Below, in pieces: positions 1 to 8,856 of a stretch of DNA of 50,295 nucleotides. Under the pieces are notes generated by a model. The model was not told the origin of the DNA. It made no database searches and saw only the letters and a program-made list of their open reading frames with translations. Position numbers and translations under genes: made by a program. Location: the IMG/VR virus record IMGVR_UViG_3300045988_134262; one strand, given 5' to 3'. Positions within the stretch are counted from its first letter, which is position 1. Each line of letters opens with the position of its first letter. This DNA is from a virus.

Positions 1-360
1 ACAAATTTCACATTAGCATTGAATAGATATAACAATGATGATGCAGATTTCGTTGAATGCGTATGTTGGGAAAAGATTGCAGAAAATACTGCTCAATACT
101 GCAATAAAGGATCAAAAGTAGCAGTTGAGGGAAGTATTCAAACAGGCTCATATGTTGACAGAGACGGAAATAATAGAAAGACAGTAAATGTATTATGTAA
201 TAGAGTTGAATTTATCAATACAAATAAATCTAGCAATATCCCACAAGTTAATAATCAACAGCCACAAATTAATAATAATTATCATAATTCTAATGAGTAT
301 AATAACTTAGATGATTCCATTAACTCATATGAATTAGATGATGTTGATATTCAATTTTAA
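1..360 (+). CDS. ssb: Single-stranded DNA-binding protein, C-terminal part (gene starts at 50160 and wraps through the window junction)
   Basis: Frame 1 is open from base 1. The joined N-terminus [36 protein letters not shown] is a typical OB-fold SSB start. It has an N/Q-rich linker and an acidic tip DDVDIQF. Confidence 0.85.
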   Translation, partial: TNFTLALNRYNNDDADFVECVCWEKIAENTAQYCNKGSKVAVEGSIQTGSYVDRDGNNRKTVNVLCNRVEFINTNKSSNIPQVNNQQPQINNNYHNSNEYNNLDDSINSYELDDVDIQF

Positions 361-560
361 TGAAAAGTTTATTAAAATTAATAGTAATTAATGTTGCAAT
401 TGGAATATTCATGTTTGTATGCTATTTTGCTGAATATTCCATTATCAACATTATTTATAGATATGCTATTAATTTGCTGAATATTGAATATAGCAAAACG
501 ATAAGCATTATATTATTTATTGTTTTTATGAGGGTTGTTGATACATATGATAAAAATTAA
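360..560 (+). CDS. Small hydrophobic (membrane) protein, unknown function
   Basis: 66-aa ORF starting at the ssb stop (TAATG overlap). It has two hydrophobic stretches. Confidence 0.4.
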   Translation: MKSLLKLIVINVAIGIFMFVCYFAEYSIINIIYRYAINLLNIEYSKTISIILFIVFMRVVDTYDKN

Positions 561-1047
561 TGGAAATTATATAAAAAAAGAATATGATGAAATGGGGAAC
601 GTTGAGATAACATTCTCCTTTCAACATTTTTATGATAAAAAAAAGGCTGATGAACTTAAAGAAGGGCTTTATTGTTTAGAAATTAAAAAACCAAAGTCTA
701 AGCGATCATTGAATCAGAACGCTTATATGTGGGCAATTATCCATGAAATAGCACAAGAACTGCAACAAGATGATATGGAGATATACATATCAGCATTAGA
801 ACAGGCAAACGCTAAATATGAATATGTTATGGGATTAGAAACTATTGAAAATGAGTTGAAAAAATCATTTAGAGCAGTAAAGGTTGTAAGACCAGAGATT
901 TACAAAGGAAAAAAGATGATTGTTTATAAGTGTTTTGAAGGGTCTAGCAAATTTAATACGCAAGAATGCAATAAATTAATAGATGTATTGCTAAGTTGGT
1001 GCAGTGAATTAGACATTAAGATGGAGACTGATATATATGAGGTATAA
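547..1047 (+). CDS. ninB: NinB/Orf-like recombination mediator
   Basis: The motif KRSLNQNAYMWAIIHEIA resembles the lambda NinB RSLDQNRKLWA signature. It lies in the recombination module. Start chosen at the ATG at 547. Confidence 0.55.
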   Translation: MIKINGNYIKKEYDEMGNVEITFSFQHFYDKKKADELKEGLYCLEIKKPKSKRSLNQNAYMWAIIHEIAQELQQDDMEIYISALEQANAKYEYVMGLETIENELKKSFRAVKVVRPEIYKGKKMIVYKCFEGSSKFNTQECNKLIDVLLSWCSELDIKMETDIYEV

Positions 1048-1243
1048 GAAGAACACTATAACTTACGCATTATATATTGATGATGATTTAAAAATAGAAG
1101 GAAATGCATATGATATAGGGAATTATCTAGGAATAAAACCTATAAGCGTATATGGGCTATATAAAAGATATAGGAAAAAAATTAAACCTAGAAAATATCG
1201 AAATTTAAAAATAGTAAGGACGGATATATATGGAGATGAATAA
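1037..1243 (+). CDS. Small basic protein, possible DNA-binding; paralog of 10694..10864
   Basis: Shares Y-A-(L)Y...D(E)LKI.G.A..(I/L).NYL...(I)Y......(R)K...Y(I)GD(D)E with the 10694 ORF. Both ends overlap the next gene start. Confidence 0.5.
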   Translation: MRYKKNTITYALYIDDDLKIEGNAYDIGNYLGIKPISVYGLYKRYRKKIKPRKYRNLKIVRTDIYGDE

Positions 1244-1535
1244 GGAAGATAAAATAGTATTTGATGATGATGTTTTAAAAAAAGTAATTGAACATTATGG
1301 CAATGATTATATGATGGTTGTTGCAATGGAAGAAGCAAGCGAACTTGTGCAAGCAATATCAAAAATCTATAGATATGGAGTAACACTTGAAGCAGTAAAC
1401 CATCTAAATGAAGAAATCGCAGATGTTTTGATCGTTATTGAGGAATTAAAGAAAATTGGCTTTGCTTATGAACCATCAATCAAAGAATGGATTGAAAGCA
1501 AGCAAAAAAGAAGTATGGAAAGGATTAGAAAATGA
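1230..1535 (+). CDS. MazG-like nucleoside triphosphate pyrophosphohydrolase
   Basis: The MEEASELVQA ... LNEEIADVLIVIEEL pattern (EExxE ... ExxD) is typical of small phage MazG domains. Confidence 0.7.
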   Translation: MEMNKEDKIVFDDDVLKKVIEHYGNDYMMVVAMEEASELVQAISKIYRYGVTLEAVNHLNEEIADVLIVIEELKKIGFAYEPSIKEWIESKQKRSMERIRK

Positions 1536-1602
1536 TATTTATTTTTTTAACGTTTATGATTATATTATGGATTATTATGCTATCTAATTAGGAGGTAGAA
1601 AA

Positions 1603-1746
1603 ATGATTGATTATATTTTGATTGCATTATTAATATTTATTGGCATTGCATCTCTTGTTAACTCATACCTATATCAAAAGATAAGAAAAGAATATCATGA
1701 AATGCTGATGAAGGAATATTTAAAGCAGAATGAAAAAAAGATATAG
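1603..1746 (+). CDS. Small membrane protein (47 codons)
   Basis: GGAGG lies 7 nt upstream of the ATG. The N-terminus MIDYILIALLIFIGIASLV is a TM helix. Too short for the supplied ORF track. Confidence 0.4.
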   Translation: MIDYILIALLIFIGIASLVNSYLYQKIRKEYHEMLMKEYLKQNEKKI

Positions 1747-1776
1747 TTTTTAAATAAAATAGAAGGTGTATTTAAT

Positions 1777-2304
1777 ATGCAAGAAATATGGAAAGATATT
1801 GAAGGATATGAGGGATTATACCAAGTTAGTAACTTTGGAAGAATTAAAAGTTTAATACATTATGATGTAGAAAATGGTTATAAAAAGAAAGAACACATTA
1901 TAAATGGATGGATAAATAGAGGATATATGTCAGTAAGTTTATCAAAAAATAAAAAGCACAAGAATTTTTATATTCATAGATTAGTTGCAATAGCATTTGT
2001 TGAAAATAAAAATAATAAGCCTTTTATAAATCATATTGATTATAATCCATTAAATAATCATGTTAATAATTTAGAGTGGTGTACTCAAAAAGAAAATGTT
2101 AATTGGTCAAAAATACATATGAAAAAACCTAGAAAAAAACACAAGAAATCAAATACAGGAGAAAAATATATATATCAAAGAAAAGATAATGGCTTATTTA
2201 GAGTATGTATTCGTGGATATTCAAAAGAATATTGTTTCAAAACATTATCAAGTGCAATAAAAAAGAGAGATGAATTATTAAATGAAATCAATTTTGCAAG
2301 ATGA
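1777..2304 (+). CDS. HNH homing endonuclease (NUMOD4-type N-terminus plus HNH_3)
   Basis: WKDIEGYEGLYQVSNFGRIKS is the NUMOD4 signature. HRLVAIAFVEN...INHIDYNPLNNHVNNLEWCTQKEN is the HNH_3 core. Confidence 0.85.
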   Translation: MQEIWKDIEGYEGLYQVSNFGRIKSLIHYDVENGYKKKEHIINGWINRGYMSVSLSKNKKHKNFYIHRLVAIAFVENKNNKPFINHIDYNPLNNHVNNLEWCTQKENVNWSKIHMKKPRKKHKKSNTGEKYIYQRKDNGLFRVCIRGYSKEYCFKTLSSAIKKRDELLNEINFAR

Positions 2305-2557
2305 AAAGAAATGTTATATAACAGGCTCAACAAATAACTTACATAAGCATCATGTATATATGGGTTCAGATAGAAAAAAAGCAGATAAATGGGGCTGTTG
2401 GGTATGGCTAAGAGCAGATTGGCATAACATGAGTAGTTATGGAGTACATTTTAATAAAGATTTAGATTTAAGGTTAAAAAGAGAGATGCAAGAAGCATTT
2501 GAAAAAAAATTTAGCCATGAAAAATTCATGGAAGTTTTTCACAAGAATTATTTATAA
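2282..2557 (+). CDS. Small HNH-motif-like protein, function unknown
   Basis: The CYITGSTNNLHKHHVY...WLRADWHN...GVH pattern recalls short phage HNH-like proteins. The family was not identified with certainty. Confidence 0.4.
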   Translation: MKSILQDEKKCYITGSTNNLHKHHVYMGSDRKKADKWGCWVWLRADWHNMSSYGVHFNKDLDLRLKREMQEAFEKKFSHEKFMEVFHKNYL

Positions 2558-2666
2558 ATCGCTTATATTTTCGATTCTAAGAGGTTTTTATGTTTACATG
2601 AGTATTTCATCATAAATATAAAAAACTCTTTTTATTTAATAAAAAAACATAGAAAGAAGTGATATT

Positions 2667-3029
2667 ATGCAAAAGTTTATTATAAACGGAAGATTAAATG
2701 GCTTGAATGAGTATACAAACAAGAATAGAAGGAATCCATACGCAGGAGCAAAGATGAAAAAAGACAATGAAACTATTGTTATTTATTATATTAAACGTTT
2801 TAAACTCAAGAAAGTTGATAAATACCCTATCAAAATTAAAATTGATTGGTATGAGAAGAATAGAAAAAGAGATATAGACAATATTACATTTGCAACAAAA
2901 TTTATTTTAGACGGCATTGTTAAAGCAGAAATCATGCAAAATGATAGTCAAAAATACGTTAATGAGATTGAACACCATGTTTATATTGATAAAGACAATC
3001 CAAGAATAGAAGTTTCATTAATTTATTGA
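2667..3029 (+). CDS. rusA: RusA-like Holliday junction resolvase
   Basis: About 120 aa with LNEY...N, then KRDIDNI..ATKFILDGIV.A.IMQNDSQ (RusA D-x-D-N and downstream acidic motif). Confidence 0.65.
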   Translation: MQKFIINGRLNGLNEYTNKNRRNPYAGAKMKKDNETIVIYYIKRFKLKKVDKYPIKIKIDWYEKNRKRDIDNITFATKFILDGIVKAEIMQNDSQKYVNEIEHHVYIDKDNPRIEVSLIY

Positions 3030-3099
3030 TTTTGTCTTGAATAAAATTAAAATATTATTATAATTATATGTAGAAAAATATAGAAAAGGAGTTAGAAGA

Positions 3100-3240
3100 A
3101 TGGAAGAATATTCAGTTATCAGAATTAAAGAAAGCACTAAGAAACTAATTGACAAGGAAAAACAGGAAACAGGTAAATTACTATGGTTTATCGTTGATGA
3201 AGCAATAAAGCAATATGTTTCAAATAATGATAACGAGTAA
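3100..3240 (+). CDS. Small protein, possible ribbon-helix-helix DNA binder
   Basis: 46 aa with an AAGGAG-type RBS. VIRIKESTKKLIDKE...LWFIVDEAIKQYV has a beta-strand then helix-helix pattern. Confidence 0.35.
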   Translation: MEEYSVIRIKESTKKLIDKEKQETGKLLWFIVDEAIKQYVSNNDNE

Positions 3241-3255
3241 AAGGAGCGTAAAAAA

Positions 3256-4248
3256 ATGGCGGTAATTAGAACTATCAAAAATGATAATTATACAACAATG
3301 AGCAATTATCATTTAAAAGATAAGGAATTATCCTTAAAAGCAAAAGGTTTATTGAGCATGATGCTATCATTTCCCGATGAGTGGCATTATTCCGTTAAAG
3401 GATTAAAAGGTATATGCAAAGAAAGTGTCAATACCATAAACGGAATATTAAACGAATTAGAGGAAAAGAACTATTTAGTTAGGAGAAGAAAATATTTAAA
3501 TGGGAAAATTAGTGAATGGGAGTATGTAATATTTGAAACAAATAAAAATCATGATACAGAGTTACTACATCTCAAAAATGAAGATATAGAAAATGAAGAT
3601 ATTGAAAATGTAGATATAGAAAATGTAGATATAGAAAATGAAGACGTATATAAATATACTAAAGGATTAAATACTAAAGTATTAAATACTAATAGATTAA
3701 ATACTAAAGGATATATTGTTCAAAACGATTTAGAAAATCATTTTGAACCATCAGTTATTCAACTAACGCTTAATGATAAAACCTTATATGATGTTAGTGA
3801 AAATGATTTTAAAGAATACGAGGAACTATATCCTAATGTTGATATCATGCAAGAACTAAGAAAGATGAAAGGTTGGCTAAATGCGAATCCTACAAAAAGA
3901 AAAACTAAAAGAGGTATTAAAAGATTTATAAACAGTTGGTTATCAAGGGAACAAGATAAGCCAAAACCTAATAATATTTATAATAATGTTAATATTTCAA
4001 ATAATATCAAAGAAAAACCAACTCCAAAATGGGTTGAGAAACAAAAAGAAAAAGAAAAAAAGCAAAAAGAAATAGGATATACAACAAAAGAATTATTGGA
4101 AATGTATGATAAACAGATTGAAAGTGGCTCAACAGATTTAGCAGAACATACATCTAACTTATTTAAAGAATTAAACGGTTGGAGTATTAAAGAATATAGA
4201 AAAAGTGTTGAAGAACTAAATCAAATTATGGAGCAGAATGGATTTTAA
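3256..4248 (+). CDS. Replication initiator / replisome organizer (N-terminal winged-helix domain, DnaD-like C-terminal region)
   Basis: The N-terminus is YTTMSNYHLKDKELSLKAKGLLSMMLSFPDEWHYSVKGL...LEEKNYLVRRR. The C-terminus MKGWLNANPTKRKTKRGIKRFINSWLSRE is typical of phage DnaD-like initiators. An iteron block sits inside the linker. Confidence 0.7.
   Translation: MAVIRTIKNDNYTTMSNYHLKDKELSLKAKGLLSMMLSFPDEWHYSVKGLKGICKESVNTINGILNELEEKNYLVRRRKYLNGKISEWEYVIFETNKNHDTELLHLKNEDIENEDIENVDIENVDIENEDVYKYTKGLNTKVLNTNRLNTKGYIVQNDLENHFEPSVIQLTLNDKTLYDVSENDFKEYEELYPNVDIMQELRKMKGWLNANPTKRKTKRGIKRFINSWLSREQDKPKPNNIYNNVNISNNIKEKPTPKWVEKQKEKEKKQKEIGYTTKELLEMYDKQIESGSTDLAEHTSNLFKELNGWSIKEYRKSVEELNQIMEQNGF
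3574..3648. repeat. Five tandem 15-bp iterons (GAAAATGWAGATATA) inside the initiator gene; putative origin
   Basis: Read directly. Units start at 3574, 3589, 3604, 3619 and 3634. They translate as NEDIENEDIENVDIENVDIENEDV. Confidence 0.6.
3666..3710. repeat. Three tandem 15-bp repeats (ATTAAATACTAANNN) adjoining the first iteron block
   Basis: Read directly. Units start at 3666, 3681 and 3696. Confidence 0.55.
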
Positions 4249-4264
4249 AAAGGAGAATGGATAT

Positions 4265-4582
4265 ATGAAACTTAAAAATCTAGAAGATATGGTTTTAAAA
4301 ATCATGCAGAGATATGAAGCAACAAGAAGTGATGATTTTGTTTTAATTTATACAGTTTATAGAGAAATGGCAGTAGATGCGGAAATTCTTTTTAATATTC
4401 CGTTAACAGATAGTTTTTCCGACATGATGTTGAATCATAAGAAATATGGATTTCCTTCCTTTGAATCAGTAACGAGAACAAGAAGAAAGATTTTTGAAAC
4501 ACACCCCGAACTAAAACCAAAAAAAATCACTAAAGAAAGAAAAAAAGCAGAAGAAGAATATAAGGAGTATTCTAAATCATGA
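4265..4582 (+). CDS. Hypothetical protein
   Basis: AAGGAG RBS before the ATG at 4265. Its end overlaps the radical SAM gene start (ATGA). Confidence 0.5.
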   Translation: MKLKNLEDMVLKIMQRYEATRSDDFVLIYTVYREMAVDAEILFNIPLTDSFSDMMLNHKKYGFPSFESVTRTRRKIFETHPELKPKKITKERKKAEEEYKEYSKS

Positions 4583-5724
4583 AAAACGATATTAAAAAAT
4601 TCAATCCTTTAAATGTCAGCAGTAAATTCGCTATTTGTGGATTGCCAATAAGAATTGATTCTTATAAAACCTGTTCTTTTGGGTGTAAATACTGCTTTGC
4701 AGAAAATAGAAAAATTATGGAGTATGAGAAGAAAATTCAAGTGGCAAATATTAATCAAGTAAAAAATAAACTAAAAAAAGTATTTGATGATAGAAATGTT
4801 GATAAAACAAATTTCCTAGAAACATTGATTGCTGAAGGTATAACTTGGCATTGTGGAGGAATGAGCGACCCATTCCAACCATGCGAAAAAAGGTTGCAAA
4901 TCACAAAGCAAATATTAGATATTACAAATAAATATGGAATCCATATTTTATTCTCAACGAAAAGCAATACAACGTATAACTGCGACATTAGACCAGATTT
5001 ACATAGTTTTCAATTAAGTGTAACAAATACTGAAAACTTAAAAAATATTGAACCTAATGTTCCGAGCATTGAAAGTAGATATAAATTCTTTATGGAATTA
5101 AAAAATAAAGGGTTTAAAGTTGGCATAAGAATACAGCCGTTTATACCTAATATCTCAACATTGAAAATAGTTGAAATGTTTAAAGATGCAGATAACTTCA
5201 CATTAGAAGGAATTAAAATAGTTCCTCAAAACAAAGAATGCAAAGAATTTATTTTAAAAGAAATGAATTTAAAAAAAGAAGATTTTACGCAGATGGGATT
5301 ATTGAATTTAAAACCAACAATCAGATTAGAATTATATAAAACATTTATTGAATATTTTAAAAAAAATAATATCCCATTCTCAATAGCAGATAATGATTTA
5401 CATTTTATAGGAACTAACAAGTGCTGTTGTGGTGATAGATTGGTGCATAAAAGCACATCATTCAACAATACGGCAATGATTAAGAAATATGGAGAAGATT
5501 ATGCAAAAGAACAGTTAGATGAAGAATTATTTGATTGTGGTGTTCGTGATTGTAAATGTAATCAACTATTTACCTCAAACAGGCAAGAAGGCTGTACAAG
5601 CGTTCAAGATTTCTATGATAAAAGATTTTACAGAAAAACAAGCCCATTTTCTCCAAAATTTCAATATAAGGAAGATGATGAAGAAAAAGAGCAAATAGAA
5701 CAGATAAGTATGTTTGATATTTAG
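4579..5724 (+). CDS. Radical SAM enzyme, spore-photoproduct-lyase/COG1533-like ('DNA repair photolyase' family)
   Basis: Canonical CxxxCxxC (CSFGCKYC) near residue 32. Downstream, GGMSDPFQPCE...ITKQILD...HILFSTKS resembles the SplB-like core (tDPYqp.E ... TKs). Confidence 0.7.
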   Translation: MKNDIKKFNPLNVSSKFAICGLPIRIDSYKTCSFGCKYCFAENRKIMEYEKKIQVANINQVKNKLKKVFDDRNVDKTNFLETLIAEGITWHCGGMSDPFQPCEKRLQITKQILDITNKYGIHILFSTKSNTTYNCDIRPDLHSFQLSVTNTENLKNIEPNVPSIESRYKFFMELKNKGFKVGIRIQPFIPNISTLKIVEMFKDADNFTLEGIKIVPQNKECKEFILKEMNLKKEDFTQMGLLNLKPTIRLELYKTFIEYFKKNNIPFSIADNDLHFIGTNKCCCGDRLVHKSTSFNNTAMIKKYGEDYAKEQLDEELFDCGVRDCKCNQLFTSNRQEGCTSVQDFYDKRFYRKTSPFSPKFQYKEDDEEKEQIEQISMFDI

Positions 5725-5825
5725 TGTTCTAAAACAGAACGGAAAAATGAAGCCTTTTAAGACTTCTTTTTCGTCCTCATATGGTATATAATCAAAATGA
5801 AATATAACTGAAAGGAGATTTAAAA

Positions 5826-6299
5826 ATGGAAATTATTGAATTAAATATTGATGATTTAAAAGCATATGAAAACAATCCAAGAAATAATGATGAAGCCGTT
5901 GAATACGTTAAAAAAAGCATCAAAGAATTTGGAATGAAAGTTCCTTTAGTTATTGATAAGAATAACGTTATTGTAACAGGTCATACGAGATTAAAAGCAT
6001 GTAAGGAATTAGGTTATAAAAAGATTCCTTGCATTGTTGCTGATGATTTAAATGAGGAGCAAATAAACGCTTTTAGATTGGTGGATAATAAAACAAATGA
6101 ATTTGCATCATGGGATTTTGATAAATTAGAAGAAGAATTAAGTTTAATATCTGATATTGATATGAATGACTTTGGTTTTGAAAGCGCAGAAGATATTGAT
6201 ATTGATGCATTTTTTAGTGATGCAGAACCTACAGAAAGCAAGGAAGAAAAGAAGAAAACTATTAAATGTCCTCATTGTGGAGAAGAGATAGAAATATGA
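5826..6299 (+). CDS. ParB N-terminal (ParB/Srx nuclease-like) domain protein with C-terminal zinc ribbon
   Basis: The core is LKAYENNPRNNDEAVEYVKKSIKEFGMKVPLVIDKNNVIVTGHTRLKACKELGYKKIPCIV. The C-terminus carries CPHCGEEI. Its stop overlaps the next start (ATGA). Confidence 0.75.
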   Translation: MEIIELNIDDLKAYENNPRNNDEAVEYVKKSIKEFGMKVPLVIDKNNVIVTGHTRLKACKELGYKKIPCIVADDLNEEQINAFRLVDNKTNEFASWDFDKLEEELSLISDIDMNDFGFESAEDIDIDAFFSDAEPTESKEEKKKTIKCPHCGEEIEI

Positions 6300-7186
6300 T
6301 TATCTATCTAAGTGGACAAGGTGGGATATTTAATCAATCTTACGAAAAGTGGAAAAGGACTAAAAAAAATATGGATATGTACTTAGTGATAAGTGGAGAG
6401 ACAGGAAACCCTCAAATATGTAAGGAAAAATTAGATATGGAAATATATTTAGCAGGTTCAGAAGCACAAGCAAAACAAATGAATGAGGATAATAAAGATA
6501 ATTTATTTAAAGGAACAAATGTATTGCAATCATATTATTATTGTAACGAATTTACTGAAAAAGTAGTTATACCATCATGTGATAGTTTTATGTTGGATAG
6601 TGGCGCTTTTACATTTTTCTCAAGTGGGAAAAATGTAGATTGGAATGATTATATAGAAAAGTATGCTGACTTTATAGTAAGAAATGATGTTAAACTATTT
6701 TTTGAATTAGATATTGATGTTTTAATTGGATATGAAAATGTATTGCGTTTAAGAAAAAAATTAGAATCATTAACGCATAGAAAATGCATACCTGTTTGGC
6801 ATAGGTCAAGAGGATTAGACGAGTTCATCAAAATGTGCAAAGAATATGATTATGTTGCATTAGGTGGAATAGCAATAAAAGAGATAAGCAGAAAAGAATA
6901 TAAATATTTCCCAAAATTAATTAAAATAGCACATGATAACGGAGCAAAAATTCATGGACTAGGGTTTACTAGTTTAAACGGAATAACTAAATATCATTTT
7001 GATAGCGTTGATAGCACATCATGGGTTAGTGGAAACAGATTTGGAAAAGTTTATAAATTTAACGGAAAAACAATGGTATGGTATGACAAAAAAGAAGGTC
7101 AGCGTTTAGCAGATAGCAGAAAAGTAGCAGTTCATAATTTTAAGGAGTGGGCTAAATTTGCTGAATATGCTAAAAATAATTTATAA
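6296..7186 (+). CDS. dpdA: DpdA-like DNA (7-deaza)guanine transglycosylase (TGT superfamily)
   Basis: TGT-like motifs FMLDSGAFTFF (cf. DSGGFQ), ALGGIA, HGLGFT and HFDSVDSTSW (cf. archaeal-type FDSA). It sits directly upstream of queD-queE-folE. Start taken at the ATG at 6296 (GGAG RBS, ATGA overlap). Confidence 0.65.
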   Translation: MIIYLSGQGGIFNQSYEKWKRTKKNMDMYLVISGETGNPQICKEKLDMEIYLAGSEAQAKQMNEDNKDNLFKGTNVLQSYYYCNEFTEKVVIPSCDSFMLDSGAFTFFSSGKNVDWNDYIEKYADFIVRNDVKLFFELDIDVLIGYENVLRLRKKLESLTHRKCIPVWHRSRGLDEFIKMCKEYDYVALGGIAIKEISRKEYKYFPKLIKIAHDNGAKIHGLGFTSLNGITKYHFDSVDSTSWVSGNRFGKVYKFNGKTMVWYDKKEGQRLADSRKVAVHNFKEWAKFAEYAKNNL

Positions 7187-7214
7187 AAGCATTTAGATGA
7201 AAAAGGAGAAAAAT

Positions 7215-7550
7215 ATGTATTATGTTAAAAAAAGAATTGAAGTAAGTGCTAGTCATAAACTTAACTTAAGTTATGAAAGTAAATGTGAAAATCTACATGG
7301 ACATAATTGGATAATTGATATTTACATGAGAAGCGAAGAATTAAATAAAGATGGAATGGTAATGGACTTTACTCATATTCAAAAAGAAATCAAAGATAAA
7401 TTAGACCATAAGAATTTAAATGATGTTCTTTCATTCAACACAACAGCAGAAAATATTGCAAAGTGGATTGCGGATACATTAGGAGAAAAATGCTATAAAG
7501 TTGATGTGCAAGAAAGCGAAAATAATATTGCAACTTATGAGGTAGAATAA
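7215..7550 (+). CDS. queD: 6-carboxy-5,6,7,8-tetrahydropterin synthase
   Basis: C-x3-HGH motif (CENLHGHNW), MVMDF and LDHKNLND. Size is about 110 aa. Confidence 0.85.
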   Translation: MYYVKKRIEVSASHKLNLSYESKCENLHGHNWIIDIYMRSEELNKDGMVMDFTHIQKEIKDKLDHKNLNDVLSFNTTAENIAKWIADTLGEKCYKVDVQESENNIATYEVE

Positions 7551-7551
7551 A

Positions 7552-8208
7552 ATGAAAGTTAATGAAATTTTTAAAAGCATTGACGGAGAAGGATTAAGAA
7601 CAGGAGAATTAACAACTTTTATCAGATTAGCAGGTTGTAATTTAAGATGCTCATACTGCGATACATGTTATGCATTAAAAAATTCTAATGGAACAGAAAT
7701 GTCTGTTGATGAAATTGTTAAAAGGGCAAAAAAATATGATTATAGAAACATCACATTGACAGGAGGAGAACCACTTATTAATAAAGATGTTGATGATTTA
7801 ATTTCTAAATTATGTGAAAATGGGTTTTATGTAAATATTGAAACAAATGGAAGTGTACCTATTGATAAGTACATTTTAAATAAAAACATTCTTATTACAA
7901 TGGATTACAAACTTCCTTCTAGTGGTGTTGAAAAAAATATGAATTTAAACAACTTAGAAAAATTAAGAGCAAATGATGTATTGAAATTTGTTATTGGAAA
8001 AGATGATTTTGATAAAGTTAAGCAGATAATTGAAAAATATAGAATCAAATCATATATTTATTTAAGCCCTGTCTTTGGTGAAATAGAACCTTTTGAAATA
8101 GTTGATTTTATGAAAATAATGCATACACAAGGAATTGATACGTCAAAAATGAGGGTGCAAGTTCAGTTGCATAAAATCATATGGAATCCAAACGAAAGAG
8201 GTGTTTAA
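7552..8208 (+). CDS. queE: 7-carboxy-7-deazaguanine synthase (radical SAM)
   Basis: N-terminus [14 protein letters not shown], cluster motif [10 protein letters not shown], and LTGGEPL. Confidence 0.85.
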   Translation: MKVNEIFKSIDGEGLRTGELTTFIRLAGCNLRCSYCDTCYALKNSNGTEMSVDEIVKRAKKYDYRNITLTGGEPLINKDVDDLISKLCENGFYVNIETNGSVPIDKYILNKNILITMDYKLPSSGVEKNMNLNNLEKLRANDVLKFVIGKDDFDKVKQIIEKYRIKSYIYLSPVFGEIEPFEIVDFMKIMHTQGIDTSKMRVQVQLHKIIWNPNERGV

Positions 8209-8209
8209 T

Positions 8210-8776
8210 ATGGATAAGAAAAAAATTGAAAATGCAGTTAGAGAAATTCTTATTGCAATTGGAGAAAATCCCGATCGTGAAGGATTAATTGAGACACCAA
8301 AAAGAGTTGCCAAAATGTATGAGGAAGTGTTTGAAGGCATTCAATATTCAAATGAAGAAATTGCTAAAATGTTTGATAAAAAATTCAAGCAAGAAGGAAA
8401 TGATTTAGTTTTAGTAAAAGATATCCCATGCTTTAGTTACTGCGAGCATCATATCGCATTAATGTATAACATGAGTATTAATATTGCATATATTCCAAAT
8501 GGTTATGTATTAGGTCTTTCAAAATTTGCAAGAATTTCCGACATGGTCTGCAAAAGATTACAGTTACAAGAAAGAATTGGAACAGACATTGCAGATATTT
8601 TAGAAATGATATTAGGAACTGATGATATTGCAGTTGTAATAAATGGAGAGCATTCTTGCATGACTGCAAGAGGTATTAAAAAACCTAATACGAAAACAAG
8701 AACAGCAACATTGCGTGGAAGATTCAAAGAAAACGCTGAATTAAGAAATGAACTATATAATTTACTTTCTAAATAA
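8210..8776 (+). CDS. folE: GTP cyclohydrolase I
   Basis: [33 protein letters not shown] and HSCMTARG are classic FolE blocks. Confidence 0.9.
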   Translation: MDKKKIENAVREILIAIGENPDREGLIETPKRVAKMYEEVFEGIQYSNEEIAKMFDKKFKQEGNDLVLVKDIPCFSYCEHHIALMYNMSINIAYIPNGYVLGLSKFARISDMVCKRLQLQERIGTDIADILEMILGTDDIAVVINGEHSCMTARGIKKPNTKTRTATLRGRFKENAELRNELYNLLSK

Positions 8777-8805
8777 AAAGATACTCAAAAGAGTATCTTT
8801 TTTTA
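8777..8805 (+). terminator. Rho-independent terminator after folE
   Basis: AAAGATACTC-aaaa-GAGTATCTTT followed by a T-run. Confidence 0.8.
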
Positions 8806-8827
8806 TAGAAAAAAGTTGAAATAATTG

Positions 8828-8856
8828 TTGACTATATATGTAATACATAGTATAAT
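8828..8856 (+). promoter_or_regulatory. Conserved early promoter copy 1 (TTGACT-17-TATAAT) with dyad ATGTAATACAT in the spacer
   Basis: Read directly. Bases 8843-8894 are identical over 52 nt to 44766-44817. Confidence 0.7.

Noticed and set aside
1-55. 55-bp terminal direct repeat considered as a biological terminal redundancy or LTR
   Set aside because: It falls in the middle of the ssb reading frame and restores that frame when the ends are joined. This is most simply a circular-assembly overlap. True physical ends cannot be inferred from it.
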